Shown: in pieces, positions 48,144-56,853 of the stretch
Layout: every line of letters begins with the position of its first letter
Position numbering within the stretch: position 1 is the stretch's first letter
Assembly: GCA_964385425.1 (NCBI GenBank)
Contig: CAYLOQ010000002.1
Span: forward strand, 12,714 to 76,713
Direction: 5' to 3'
DNA from: Candidatus Woesearchaeota archaeon
Lineage (GTDB): Archaea; Nanobdellota; Nanobdellia; Pacearchaeales; GW2011-AR1
DNA: 64,000 bases
Made by a program: the position numbers and the translations under genes
The notes under the pieces: model-generated
Databases searched by the model: none
What the model was told of the DNA's origin: nothing
What the model saw: the letters and a program-made list of their open reading frames with translations, nothing else

Positions 48144-48920
48144 TTAACAGGTTGTAACGACATCACTTAGAAATTGTCCTTGTTGTAATCGAACTGGTGT
48201 GCAACCTTCTTGACTTTCCAATTCAGAAATCCATTTGTCCCAATTTGTATCTAGCAAATCGATAAATCCTTGTGGGCTTCCACGTTCTTTAAATCTTTCA
48301 ATATATTCATCTTTTAATGATCTATCGGGAAAAACAAGTGTATAATCTATCCCCCTAGTTACCAATGCTTTTCTTACAAGGTCATGGCTAGAGACAAGAA
48401 CAATATCAGCAAAACCTACGCCTCTCCGGATGGGCACAATTTCGGTAGAATCTAAATTTCTCTGAATATATTCGACCTCAGTAATACCCATGGCCGTCTG
48501 GGCATGTCTCATGTAATTATCAGGGAAACAAATATCTCTTCCATGTTGTTCAACCCATGAAAATCTACTGGAATCTGAATCAAGAACAAATAAATCTGTA
48601 TCTTGATGTAGGCGTGTTTTCCCAGTTCCTGGAAATGCGGAAATTACTTTGGTATTGATACCCGGGTTTCCAGGGGGTACCACAGTAACGTCCCCGGTAG
48701 GAATGTGATAAATTTGAGCATCGCCGCCGATAGTATCAGCGGTAAAGATCCAATCGATTCCGCGGAACCAAGCTTCTCTATATGAAACAGGAGGTGTTGG
48801 CGTGTTTCTATCTTCTCCAAGAAATTCGTATGCTGAACCATGTCCTGAAAACATTGGAGCAAATTTTACAGCGTCTCTTTCAATGTCCCTTGATGTAGTA
48901 CTGGTTTCTGTTTGACCCAT
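48144..48920 (-). CDS. P-loop NTPase/kinase-like protein with N-terminal extension
   Basis: VISAFPGTGKT, DSDSS.FSW, FP.NY, K.EY..R...RG motifs. Confidence 0.7.
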   Translation of the reverse strand: MGQTETSTTSRDIERDAVKFAPMFSGHGSAYEFLGEDRNTPTPPVSYREAWFRGIDWIFTADTIGGDAQIYHIPTGDVTVVPPGNPGINTKVISAFPGTGKTRLHQDTDLFVLDSDSSRFSWVEQHGRDICFPDNYMRHAQTAMGITEVEYIQRNLDSTEIVPIRRGVGFADIVLVSSHDLVRKALVTRGIDYTLVFPDRSLKDEYIERFKERGSPQGFIDLLDTNWDKWISELESQEGCTPVRLQQGQFLSDVVTTC

Positions 48921-49034
48921 TGTAAAGAACCAAGAAATCTTCTGTTTTTAAGTCTTCCTAACATAATCAGGGTTATCAATTAAGAACAACAGGAATTTCA
49001 ATAATTTTATATATCTGTTCTTCTTTAATAATTT

Positions 49035-49625
49035 ATGCCAAAAGACGAAGAAACTGATACTAAGGAAAAAATAGAAGAAGAAATTAAAAAAACTCCTGAA
49101 GATGAGGAGCCAAAGGAAGAATCAGAACTAGAAGAAGAGCTAGAGGAACCAGAACAAATAGCAGATCTTAGGGACTTGGAATTTTCCAGTTTTATTCAGC
49201 CATCTATAGAGGGCTCTGCCCCTGTTTTAGAGAGAGTTGCTGGTTCTCAAGGAACAGGATTTTCTCTGTCTGGATGGGAGGCTCTTTCCTCCCCTGTATC
49301 TTCTGAAGGAACAATAAACGAGGACGATCCTTTCAAATATTCTATCGGCGGAGAAGGTGGAGGTGGAGAAGGGAGAGTAAAATATGTCTCTTCATCAGAA
49401 AATATAGCATCAACTCCAACCCAGATAGATTTTAGAGATGTTGGAAGAAAGCCAGGAGTTATGCAAGAAGCAGCCTTTACACAATCTTCTGAAGTCAGAG
49501 ATGTTTCACAACCTGCTCTAGAGAAATACGAGCCTGCAAAAAGGATGGATGTAGAAAGTGCAGGAAGAAGAGATCCTTTTGAACCAGAAAAGATAAGGTA
49601 TGATCCAAAGCTTCCTAGCAGCTAA
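49035..49625 (+). CDS. Acidic, probably disordered hypothetical protein
   Basis: Glu/Ser/Pro-rich ORF. Confidence 0.6.
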   Translation: MPKDEETDTKEKIEEEIKKTPEDEEPKEESELEEELEEPEQIADLRDLEFSSFIQPSIEGSAPVLERVAGSQGTGFSLSGWEALSSPVSSEGTINEDDPFKYSIGGEGGGGEGRVKYVSSSENIASTPTQIDFRDVGRKPGVMQEAAFTQSSEVRDVSQPALEKYEPAKRMDVESAGRRDPFEPEKIRYDPKLPSS

Positions 49626-49661
49626 CAATAATTATATAAATAAATCTTTACTATTATTTTC

Positions 49662-51524
49662 ATGGCAAAAGAGGGGTACACTGTAAGCAACATGTATCAG
49701 GGGGGATATTCTACACTTAAGCCTCCAGAGAGTAATTATGGGGCTGCAGGAAAAATAGGATTGACGACAGACGTTAGATCAGCAAATATCTTACAGGAAG
49801 TTTCTACAAAACTCTCGTCTGGAGTAAAATATATAGATGTAACAGCAGTGAGTCCAGATGTTTTTGATTCTATGCCAAAACAGCAGCTGAAAGAAGTCAA
49901 TAGGTTGGCAAAATTAACAGGTATTGATATTGGTATTCATGGACCTGTAATGGATGTTGCAGGAATGAGCCAGCAAGGATTTAGTGAGGCAGAAAGAGAA
50001 ATAGCTGAAAGAAAAGTAGCAGAAGCACTCATAAGAAGTCATGATTTAAAACCTAGTGGAAATATCCCTGTGAATTTCCATTCTGCAGAAGGAATTCCAG
50101 GCTCACAGTTGCTCCCCCCTGGAGAAAGAGCAGAAAAAGGAAAGTACAAAAAACTTATTGCGATAAACAGGGAAACAGGAAGAATGGCTCCCTTAGAATC
50201 AGAGACGAAGTATTTTCCTGGAGGGGGAAGGGAAATAAGACCAGAAATGGAAGAAAAAATAGAAAGAGAGGGCATAACACTAAAACAAATACAAAGAGAC
50301 CTTCAAAAGTACACTGTTAAGAGTCCTTTAGGGAAAGGCAGATACGAAACCCCTGAAGAGAGGTTAGATGTTTTAAATCATAGCGAATGGGATAACTCTC
50401 TTTCACAATTAACATTTAATAAAGAAAGAGTAGATCAGATTCTGGAAGAAAACAGGATATATCTTAAAACAATAGAACCAGATATATTAGCTGGAAACAT
50501 TACAAAACCAGAAGACCTACCAACTACTGTTCAGCAACAGGCATTTAGACACCACAGGGCTGCTAAAAATTATCTAAAGGACTTACACTTACAAGCCAAT
50601 AACCTGTTTAGCAAGGCATATAGATATGGAACACAACAACAAAGACACGAGTTAAAAAAAATATCAGAAAAATTCGGAAAAGATCTGAGTAAAGAAAGGG
50701 GTGTATTTGGAGAAGCCAAGGCAATGGATGACTTAATAAACTCCATAAACCAGTCAAAACTTGCCCCAGAGATGAATGTTCCTATGGAAAAATTCGCTCT
50801 CGAGAAATCTTCAAAAACTTTTGGAAATGCAGCTTTCGAATCTTACAAAAAATTCAAAGATAAATCTCCTGTCTTGGTCATAGAAAATCCTCCTGCAACC
50901 CACGCCTTAAGCACTGGAAAAGACATAAGAGAAATGGTTGAAGAATCCAGGAAACAATTTGTGAAAAAGGCTGTTGAAGAAGGTCTGTCTGAATCTTCTG
51001 CAAAATCTCAAGCAGAGAAATTAATTGGTGCAACTTGGGATGTAGGCCATATAAATATGTTGAGAAAGTATGGCTATTCAAAGAAGGACATTGTAAGGGA
51101 AGCAAAAGAGGTGGTCCCTGTTCTAAAACAAATTCACCTTTCTGATAATTTCGGATTTGAGCACACAGAGTTACCGATGGGGATGGGAAATGTTCCACTG
51201 AAAGAGGTAATGAAAGTACTAGGGAAAAAAGGACTTGAAGCAAAAAAACTCATTGAAGCAGGACACTGGTGGCAGCACTTTAAAACACCCCCTTTCCAGG
51301 AAACTCTGGAAGCTTTTGGTTCCCCTATATATTCGATGAATATGGCTCCTTACTGGAATCAAGCTCCGGGACTCACACAAGGGTATTTTTCAGGTTACGG
51401 ACAGATGCTACCATCAATAAATTATGAAACTTTTGGGGCCGGATTTTCACAGCTTCCACAAGAACTCGGAGGCCAGATGCCCGGAGCTAGAGGAGGACGA
51501 ATGTCTGGTAGACCGATGGAGTGA
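49662..51524 (+). CDS. Xylose isomerase/AP endonuclease 2-like TIM barrel protein with large helical insertion
   Basis: IHGP, FH, IEN, TWDVGH, IHLSDN.G..H..L..G.G.VP and IE metal motifs. Confidence 0.8.
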   Translation: MAKEGYTVSNMYQGGYSTLKPPESNYGAAGKIGLTTDVRSANILQEVSTKLSSGVKYIDVTAVSPDVFDSMPKQQLKEVNRLAKLTGIDIGIHGPVMDVAGMSQQGFSEAEREIAERKVAEALIRSHDLKPSGNIPVNFHSAEGIPGSQLLPPGERAEKGKYKKLIAINRETGRMAPLESETKYFPGGGREIRPEMEEKIEREGITLKQIQRDLQKYTVKSPLGKGRYETPEERLDVLNHSEWDNSLSQLTFNKERVDQILEENRIYLKTIEPDILAGNITKPEDLPTTVQQQAFRHHRAAKNYLKDLHLQANNLFSKAYRYGTQQQRHELKKISEKFGKDLSKERGVFGEAKAMDDLINSINQSKLAPEMNVPMEKFALEKSSKTFGNAAFESYKKFKDKSPVLVIENPPATHALSTGKDIREMVEESRKQFVKKAVEEGLSESSAKSQAEKLIGATWDVGHINMLRKYGYSKKDIVREAKEVVPVLKQIHLSDNFGFEHTELPMGMGNVPLKEVMKVLGKKGLEAKKLIEAGHWWQHFKTPPFQETLEAFGSPIYSMNMAPYWNQAPGLTQGYFSGYGQMLPSINYETFGAGFSQLPQELGGQMPGARGGRMSGRPME

Positions 51525-51736
51525 TGGAATTTATCCTTACAAACCATGCCAAAAAAAGAATGGCTGAAAGAGGAATTAATTTAAACCAAATTAAAAAGAC
51601 AATAGATTTTCCAGATTATACAATTAGAAAAGATGGAAAAACAGAAGCTCACAAAAAAGTTAATAACAGAATTTTAAAAGTCGTGTATACTATGGAAGGT
51701 AAATTTATAAAGATAATTACTGTTATAGAAAGATGA
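51524..51736 (+). CDS. DUF4258-like (RelE/BrnT-fold) putative toxin
   Basis: TNHAKKRMAERGI...LKVVY...IITV. Confidence 0.8.
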   Translation: MEFILTNHAKKRMAERGINLNQIKKTIDFPDYTIRKDGKTEAHKKVNNRILKVVYTMEGKFIKIITVIER

Positions 51737-51936
51737 GGATAACATTTGATAAAGACGCAGATGCCGTGTATATTTATTTTAAGGAAATTTCATCCGGAGA
51801 GGTCGCTAAAACAATTTCTCTTAATGAGTCAGTAAACGTAGATTTGGACAAAGACGGAATAACTCTTGGTATAGAAATACTTGAAGCAAGCAAGAACCTT
51901 CCCTCTAACACGCTGAAATCTGCTATTCCTATTTGA
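51733..51936 (+). CDS. DUF2283-like putative antitoxin
   Basis: FDKDADAVYI...VDLDKDG..LGIEILEASK; ATGA overlap with the toxin gene. Confidence 0.85.
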   Translation: MRITFDKDADAVYIYFKEISSGEVAKTISLNESVNVDLDKDGITLGIEILEASKNLPSNTLKSAIPI

Positions 51937-52017
51937 AGCCAAATTCATAAGGCTAAAATAAAAAGAATTAAAAACTATACTCTATAATATATATTGTAAA
52001 ATATAAAATAGAAAATA

Positions 52018-52866
52018 ATGGTAAAGAAAAAAAAGAGTGTGAAGAAAAAGAGAACCAAAAATAAAAAACTTAAAGACGTTCCCACATTACAATTAAAAAA
52101 AGAGTCAGATATTGCTATGGATTTTGCCACAAAACTCTATAGAAAGTTTGATAAGATGATTAAATCTGTGATTCTCTTTGGATCTACAGCTCGTCAAAGT
52201 GCTGTTACTGGTTCTGATATTGATATAATAATTATCTTAGATGATGTTTCGATAAACTGGGATCAGGAGTTGATTGCATGGTACAGGCAGGAGTTGGATA
52301 AGATGATGAGAAAAAATCCTTATCAAAAGAGCCTTCATATAAATACAGTAAAATTAAGCACGTGGTGGGAAGATCTGATACGTGGAGATCCTGTTGTTTT
52401 GAATATTTTGAGGTACGGAGAAGCAATGATTGATCTAGCAGGATTTTTTGAACCCTTAAAATTTTTATTAATCAAGGGAAAAATAAGATCAACTCCTGAA
52501 GCGATCTACAGTGCATTACAGAGGGCTCCGAATCATATAGCGAGGAGTAGATTTGCAGAATTAAATGCTATAGAGGGCTTATACTGGGCAATGGTAGATT
52601 CTTCCCACGCAGCCCTGATAGCTGCGGGTGTCCCTCCAGCATCCCCAGAGCATGTTCCTGTAGATTTAAAAGAGCAGTTTGTAAATACTGGAAAACTAAA
52701 AATGAAATATGTTGTCTGGTATAGGGATCTTCTAGTGTTGCACAAAAAAATTGCACATGGACAATTAAAAAACCTGAAAGGAGTTGAAATAGATGAATGG
52801 CAGGATAGGGCAGAAGATTTCTTGGAAGTAATGGCTAAATTAGTTAAGGATCTTATTGGGGATTAG
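52018..52866 (+). CDS. Minimal nucleotidyltransferase fused to HEPN-like helical domain
   Basis: LFGS.AR...SDID motif; C-terminal HAAL...P..P.H...K.I.HG. Confidence 0.8.
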   Translation: MVKKKKSVKKKRTKNKKLKDVPTLQLKKESDIAMDFATKLYRKFDKMIKSVILFGSTARQSAVTGSDIDIIIILDDVSINWDQELIAWYRQELDKMMRKNPYQKSLHINTVKLSTWWEDLIRGDPVVLNILRYGEAMIDLAGFFEPLKFLLIKGKIRSTPEAIYSALQRAPNHIARSRFAELNAIEGLYWAMVDSSHAALIAAGVPPASPEHVPVDLKEQFVNTGKLKMKYVVWYRDLLVLHKKIAHGQLKNLKGVEIDEWQDRAEDFLEVMAKLVKDLIGD

Positions 52867-53165
52867 ACAGCTAGCGCCAATCTATCATTTTCTTGATTAA
52901 AATATTCTTTTAATTCTCTAATAACATCCTTCCTTATATAAATCACTTCTCTGCCGACACCATCTCTCATGATAGTTTCTTCTAAATTATTCAAATAAAC
53001 TAAATTAACTACATCGATTTTTCTTCGTGGTTGATATTTCAATCTTCTTGTTAGACCTTTTATAAACATTCTGTTCTCTTCTGCACAAGAAAAAGCTTGA
53101 ATAGGGGATTTGTCTTTAGGATCTTCTCCTTTAAAGAATTCTAAAAAATAATTTACAAGCCCCAT
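52863..53165 (-). CDS. Hypothetical protein
   Basis: ORF in a tightly packed co-oriented cluster. Confidence 0.5.
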   Translation of the reverse strand: MGLVNYFLEFFKGEDPKDKSPIQAFSCAEENRMFIKGLTRRLKYQPRRKIDVVNLVYLNNLEETIMRDGVGREVIYIRKDVIRELKEYFNQENDRLALAV

Positions 53166-53167
53166 TT

Positions 53168-53629
53168 TTATCTTTCTCTTTCTACAAATCTTTTGTATCT
53201 TTCAGAATCTGTTAAACGCGCAAGATTTCTCTGAGCCTGTAGTATTTGCGTCGCAGATTCTTGAATTTCAGGGGTCATTCGTGGAGTTCTTCCAATAATA
53301 TAAAAACCATTTTCCTTTAATTCTTCTACCATATCAGAAGCAACCCATAAGGGAAACCTTTGATTTCTAGAATTAACAACTAAGTCTACATCACCATCTT
53401 TATCAAAATCTATTAACCTATTACCTCTAGAATCACCACCATCCATTCTTTCGTATACTTCGGGAGAATGTAGTGGAGAAATGGGATTTCTTGCAATATA
53501 TACAACACCACAAGCAACACCCCCCAATAAAGAAGTTATTAACGCAGTTTTTGTCCATCTACCAAGATTAAATCTCCAATCTTTTAATTCGTCTTTTAAA
53601 TGATATCTTAATTCGTCTTTTAAACTCAT
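53168..53629 (-). CDS. Membrane-anchored protein with DxDxDG motif; paralogue of the next gene
   Basis: TM helix, DFDKDGDVD, WVA, RMTPEIQESAT. Confidence 0.6.
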   Translation of the reverse strand: MSLKDELRYHLKDELKDWRFNLGRWTKTALITSLLGGVACGVVYIARNPISPLHSPEVYERMDGGDSRGNRLIDFDKDGDVDLVVNSRNQRFPLWVASDMVEELKENGFYIIGRTPRMTPEIQESATQILQAQRNLARLTDSERYKRFVERER

Positions 53630-53630
53630 T

Positions 53631-54110
53631 TTATTGATTCCTTCCATCTTGTTCCAGACTGTAGTTTTCTTGGGCAATTAAATATGCTAAATCTTGATCT
53701 CCATTTAATGCTCTTGTAGCAGCAGCTCTTATTTCAGGGGTCATAATCCTTGCGTTTTCTGTAAGTACAGAAACACCATTTTTCCCTCTATAAACCCCAC
53801 CAGTTCCTTGATATCCTTCAGCTACCCAATAAGCTCTAAACCCAGAAGTAATGGCGTCGGCTAGTCCGTCTCCATCCAGATCTCTAATATCTCTATTCCA
53901 TATGTTGGGAAAAGCAGAATTTTCGTCTCCTTCTTCTGGTCGAACTAAAGAGACAGTTCCCCAGTGTTTATCAAACTCATCTCTTGTTGGATTTCTCGCT
54001 ACAGGATTCTCAAAAAATTCACACCCATTAAGACTCAAAACAGCCAATCCAGCAAGTGTTGCTCTTCCTATACTTTTCTTAGTTTTTTGGTATAATGTTT
54101 GTGAATCCAT
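53631..54110 (-). CDS. Putative lipoprotein with DxDxDG motif
   Basis: Lipobox-like LNGC, DLDGDGLAD, WVA, IMTPEIRAAAT. Confidence 0.6.
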   Translation of the reverse strand: MDSQTLYQKTKKSIGRATLAGLAVLSLNGCEFFENPVARNPTRDEFDKHWGTVSLVRPEEGDENSAFPNIWNRDIRDLDGDGLADAITSGFRAYWVAEGYQGTGGVYRGKNGVSVLTENARIMTPEIRAAATRALNGDQDLAYLIAQENYSLEQDGRNQ

Positions 54111-54111
54111 T

Positions 54112-54315
54112 TTATTTTTCTCCCATTCTATATCCCAAGTATGAGGTTTCTGAACCACCAGGAGACTGGGCAGGGTCTAAATCTCTTCCAGAATCATCTG
54201 TTAATTCTTGAAGATCACTTCCGTCAAGATTCACACTGTAAATTTCAAGACTTTCACCCATTCTTCTTCCAAGAACAACTTTTCCTTCAAATCTCTGTGT
54301 GCTTTCTAAATCCAT
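54112..54315 (-). CDS. Short protein or fragment with one TolB/WD40-like repeat
   Basis: EIYSVNLDGSDLQELTD..G.D.DPA.SP.G. Confidence 0.5.
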   Translation of the reverse strand: MDLESTQRFEGKVVLGRRMGESLEIYSVNLDGSDLQELTDDSGRDLDPAQSPGGSETSYLGYRMGEK

Positions 54316-54323
54316 TTTATATC

Positions 54324-54935
54324 TTATTTCTTAGAAGCCTTTTTCCTACCATACTTCTCAGCAAGCTCGTCACCAACAGCCTTCAACTGTGTAGAACGAC
54401 CTGTTTGGATGGCATTATATGCTATAGAGTTATTATATTCCTGTTCAAGTAACTGGAATGTTTCAAATGCTTCTTGTTCTTTTTTAGTTAAATTCTTTTT
54501 ACCAGCAATTTTTTCAGCTAATTGAGTGAAACTAAAACTTCTTAATTCAGCAGGAACCTTGAATCCAAAACCATCACCTGCAACACCCCTTACAACTTCC
54601 TCTAATTTTCCTAGATTAATTGTTCGTCTACTCTGAGCCTGCATTTCAGCAATATTAGAAGCAACATCATAGTTTGTAAGCGGAGTTGGTTCCCCCACAA
54701 TACCATTTCTTTCTCCTCTTGCTAATCTCTCTTGATAATCATTATCCTTGATTTCTCTAACTTCATCACTATTCATCACTTCTCTATAACCTTGTCGTAC
54801 AGCGTCTCGACCTAATGTACCATATAAGGCAACGTCTTGACCAAGATTAGAACCGACCATGGTTTGATATGTTTCATCCTTTAGAATTCCAACTGCTTGT
54901 TCTACAGGTGTTGGTGCTTTATTTTTTTTCGCCAT
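54324..54935 (-). CDS. Hypothetical protein
   Basis: 203-aa ORF with TATA upstream. Confidence 0.6.
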   Translation of the reverse strand: MAKKNKAPTPVEQAVGILKDETYQTMVGSNLGQDVALYGTLGRDAVRQGYREVMNSDEVREIKDNDYQERLARGERNGIVGEPTPLTNYDVASNIAEMQAQSRRTINLGKLEEVVRGVAGDGFGFKVPAELRSFSFTQLAEKIAGKKNLTKKEQEAFETFQLLEQEYNNSIAYNAIQTGRSTQLKAVGDELAEKYGRKKASKK

Positions 54936-55010
54936 TTTTCTTTAAAAAATTTAAGAATAAGGGGTTTATAAATCTTTCTATATTGTTACTACTAAGTAAT
55001 TAATATACTT

Positions 55011-55547
55011 TTACTTTTTGGTGCTGTAAATCACCTTTGTTTTTCCAGGAAGCTTTGCTTTAATCTGCTTCAGGATTTTTCTGGAAAACTCCACGGCTTT
55101 CTGGTTTGGAACAGCTATGAAAAAAATCCTGCTGTTTTTCTTTAGAATTGCTGCTTTTCCTGCAGATTTTCCATAGGAGAGCTGCATACCTGTCTGCATC
55201 CTATCTGCTCCAGCAGCAGTCAGCATTTTGTTCTCCCTCTGAATATGGTGGGGAAAAGGAATAACCTTAAAGAGATACTGTCCAGCAAGCTCGTTTTCTA
55301 GTTTCTTGTTTATGAATTGCCTGCATGCTTCTAGAGCATTGTGCCTAATCTGAACCTTTTCTGTGCTCACTATAGTTAATTCATGGGGAAACTTTCCCTC
55401 GTTATATAGGGCTTCCTTACCCATGGTGAACTTAACAATTTTCTGTTGAGGAACGGTCTTTATGTAAGATTTCCCTTTCTTCTTACTGATTCTGGTATAA
55501 GGGACAACCTTTCTCTTCGAATATGCAGATGCTTTTCTTAATCCCAT
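55011..55547 (-). CDS. rpl10e: 50S ribosomal protein L10e (uL16)
   Basis: QIRHNALEACR, FPHHIQRENKM..AGADR.Q.GM..SYGK, KLP. Confidence 0.97.
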   Translation of the reverse strand: MGLRKASAYSKRKVVPYTRISKKKGKSYIKTVPQQKIVKFTMGKEALYNEGKFPHELTIVSTEKVQIRHNALEACRQFINKKLENELAGQYLFKVIPFPHHIQRENKMLTAAGADRMQTGMQLSYGKSAGKAAILKKNSRIFFIAVPNQKAVEFSRKILKQIKAKLPGKTKVIYSTKK

Positions 55548-55548
55548 T

Positions 55549-55857
55549 TTAAGTAGTTCTACCCTCTAAACCATTTTTAATTTGTTGTGGGATAATTGCA
55601 ACTCCTGCCTTCCCCACAAAATAGATAGAAGATTCACTTCTAACAGGAACTTCTTCTCCACCCACAACCTCAAATTCTCCACACTCCTCTATAGCAAATT
55701 GCTTACATCCCGTATAAGCCCCCTCCCCTCTGGAGCACACATCTTGATATTGCTTTCTGGCTCCGCCTTCATCCCTGCTTTTCAATAGTGGACATTTCTT
55801 AGTATAAGGACAAACCATGTTACTTTCACCAACACCTTCCCTTGATTGAAGAGTCAT
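55549..55857 (-). CDS. Hypothetical Cys-containing protein between two ribosomal protein genes (alternative start 55818)
   Basis: CPY..KCP...C...C pattern; coupled to both neighbours. Confidence 0.5.
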   Translation of the reverse strand: MTLQSREGVGESNMVCPYTKKCPLLKSRDEGGARKQYQDVCSRGEGAYTGCKQFAIEECGEFEVVGGEEVPVRSESSIYFVGKAGVAIIPQQIKNGLEGRTT

Positions 55858-56117
55858 TCTTTAACCTCCACGCTTGTTGTAACAGCCTGACCTGGCAATC
55901 CACGCTCAAATATGGCTCTTACAATTCCCTTATTTCCATGAGCAGAAGAAATTTTTCCTTTAATGATTTTTCCTGCAGGAGATTTCCAGACAACTTCTTT
56001 CCCTACAAACTTCTCAGCATCTTTCCTATTTTTACTTCCTTCCACTTCTATGAGAAAATGCCTTTCATGTACCGTCTTTCTCCCCCTTCTGAATTGAATA
56101 ACCCTTGCGTTTGTCAT
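55854..56117 (-). CDS. rpl35ae: 50S ribosomal protein L35ae (eL33)
   Basis: GK.V.W..P.GK.I.GKI...HGNKG.VRA.F..GLPGQA. Confidence 0.95.
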   Translation of the reverse strand: MTNARVIQFRRGRKTVHERHFLIEVEGSKNRKDAEKFVGKEVVWKSPAGKIIKGKISSAHGNKGIVRAIFERGLPGQAVTTSVEVKE

Positions 56118-56168
56118 AATATTCTACTGTGAATATAGTTTTAAAAAGGTTGCTATATAAATTTTTTT

Positions 56169-56825
56169 ATGGAATTAAAAGAGATAGCAAAAAACATTTT
56201 TCATATAAAATTTTCCACGCAAGAAGAACTGACATCGACCTTTTTAAGATTTCAGGAATTTTTTGAATCTCCAGAATTTAGAGGTAAGGTTTTTACGCTG
56301 GAAGAATATAAGAAATGGTATGTTGATAATTCTCCAGAAGGAAAGAGAACTGGAGAGTTCACATATTATACTGACTGGAATGGGTTCAATATCCCTTCAA
56401 CAGTTTTAGAGCCTTTTTATAATGGAGACTTTGATCCTTTGTCTGAAAGAGAAAAAGAATTTTTAGCTTTGTTTAGGGAGAGAAAAGGAGAAAGATTTTA
56501 TATAATTGGAACGCATGGAAAAAACGAGAAACAACTCTTAAAACATGAAATTGCGCACGGATTGTTTTACACAAACCCAGAATATAAAAAAGAAGTTCTC
56601 GAGATCTTAAAAAAAATTAGTTCTGAAAAAAGAGAAGAGATAAATATGTTTTTTCAAAAAAGCGGAGGCTATCATTCAGAAGTATGGGATGATGAAACCC
56701 ACGCATATGGCCTGTGTAGTCTGGAAAAACTGGAAAAAAACAAAATTGATATTTCTGACTTGTTAGGGATAAGAGAAGAACTCAATTTAATTTTTGAAAG
56801 ATATCAGGGGATGACCAATTTCTAG
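56169..56825 (+). CDS. Hypothetical protein with HEXXH motif
   Basis: FLRFQEFFESP, GFNIP, HEIAH and DETHAY (zincin-like third ligand). Confidence 0.6.
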   Translation: MELKEIAKNIFHIKFSTQEELTSTFLRFQEFFESPEFRGKVFTLEEYKKWYVDNSPEGKRTGEFTYYTDWNGFNIPSTVLEPFYNGDFDPLSEREKEFLALFRERKGERFYIIGTHGKNEKQLLKHEIAHGLFYTNPEYKKEVLEILKKISSEKREEINMFFQKSGGYHSEVWDDETHAYGLCSLEKLEKNKIDISDLLGIREELNLIFERYQGMTNF

Positions 56826-56853
56826 AAATTTATATGTTTTAGAATGCAAATGT

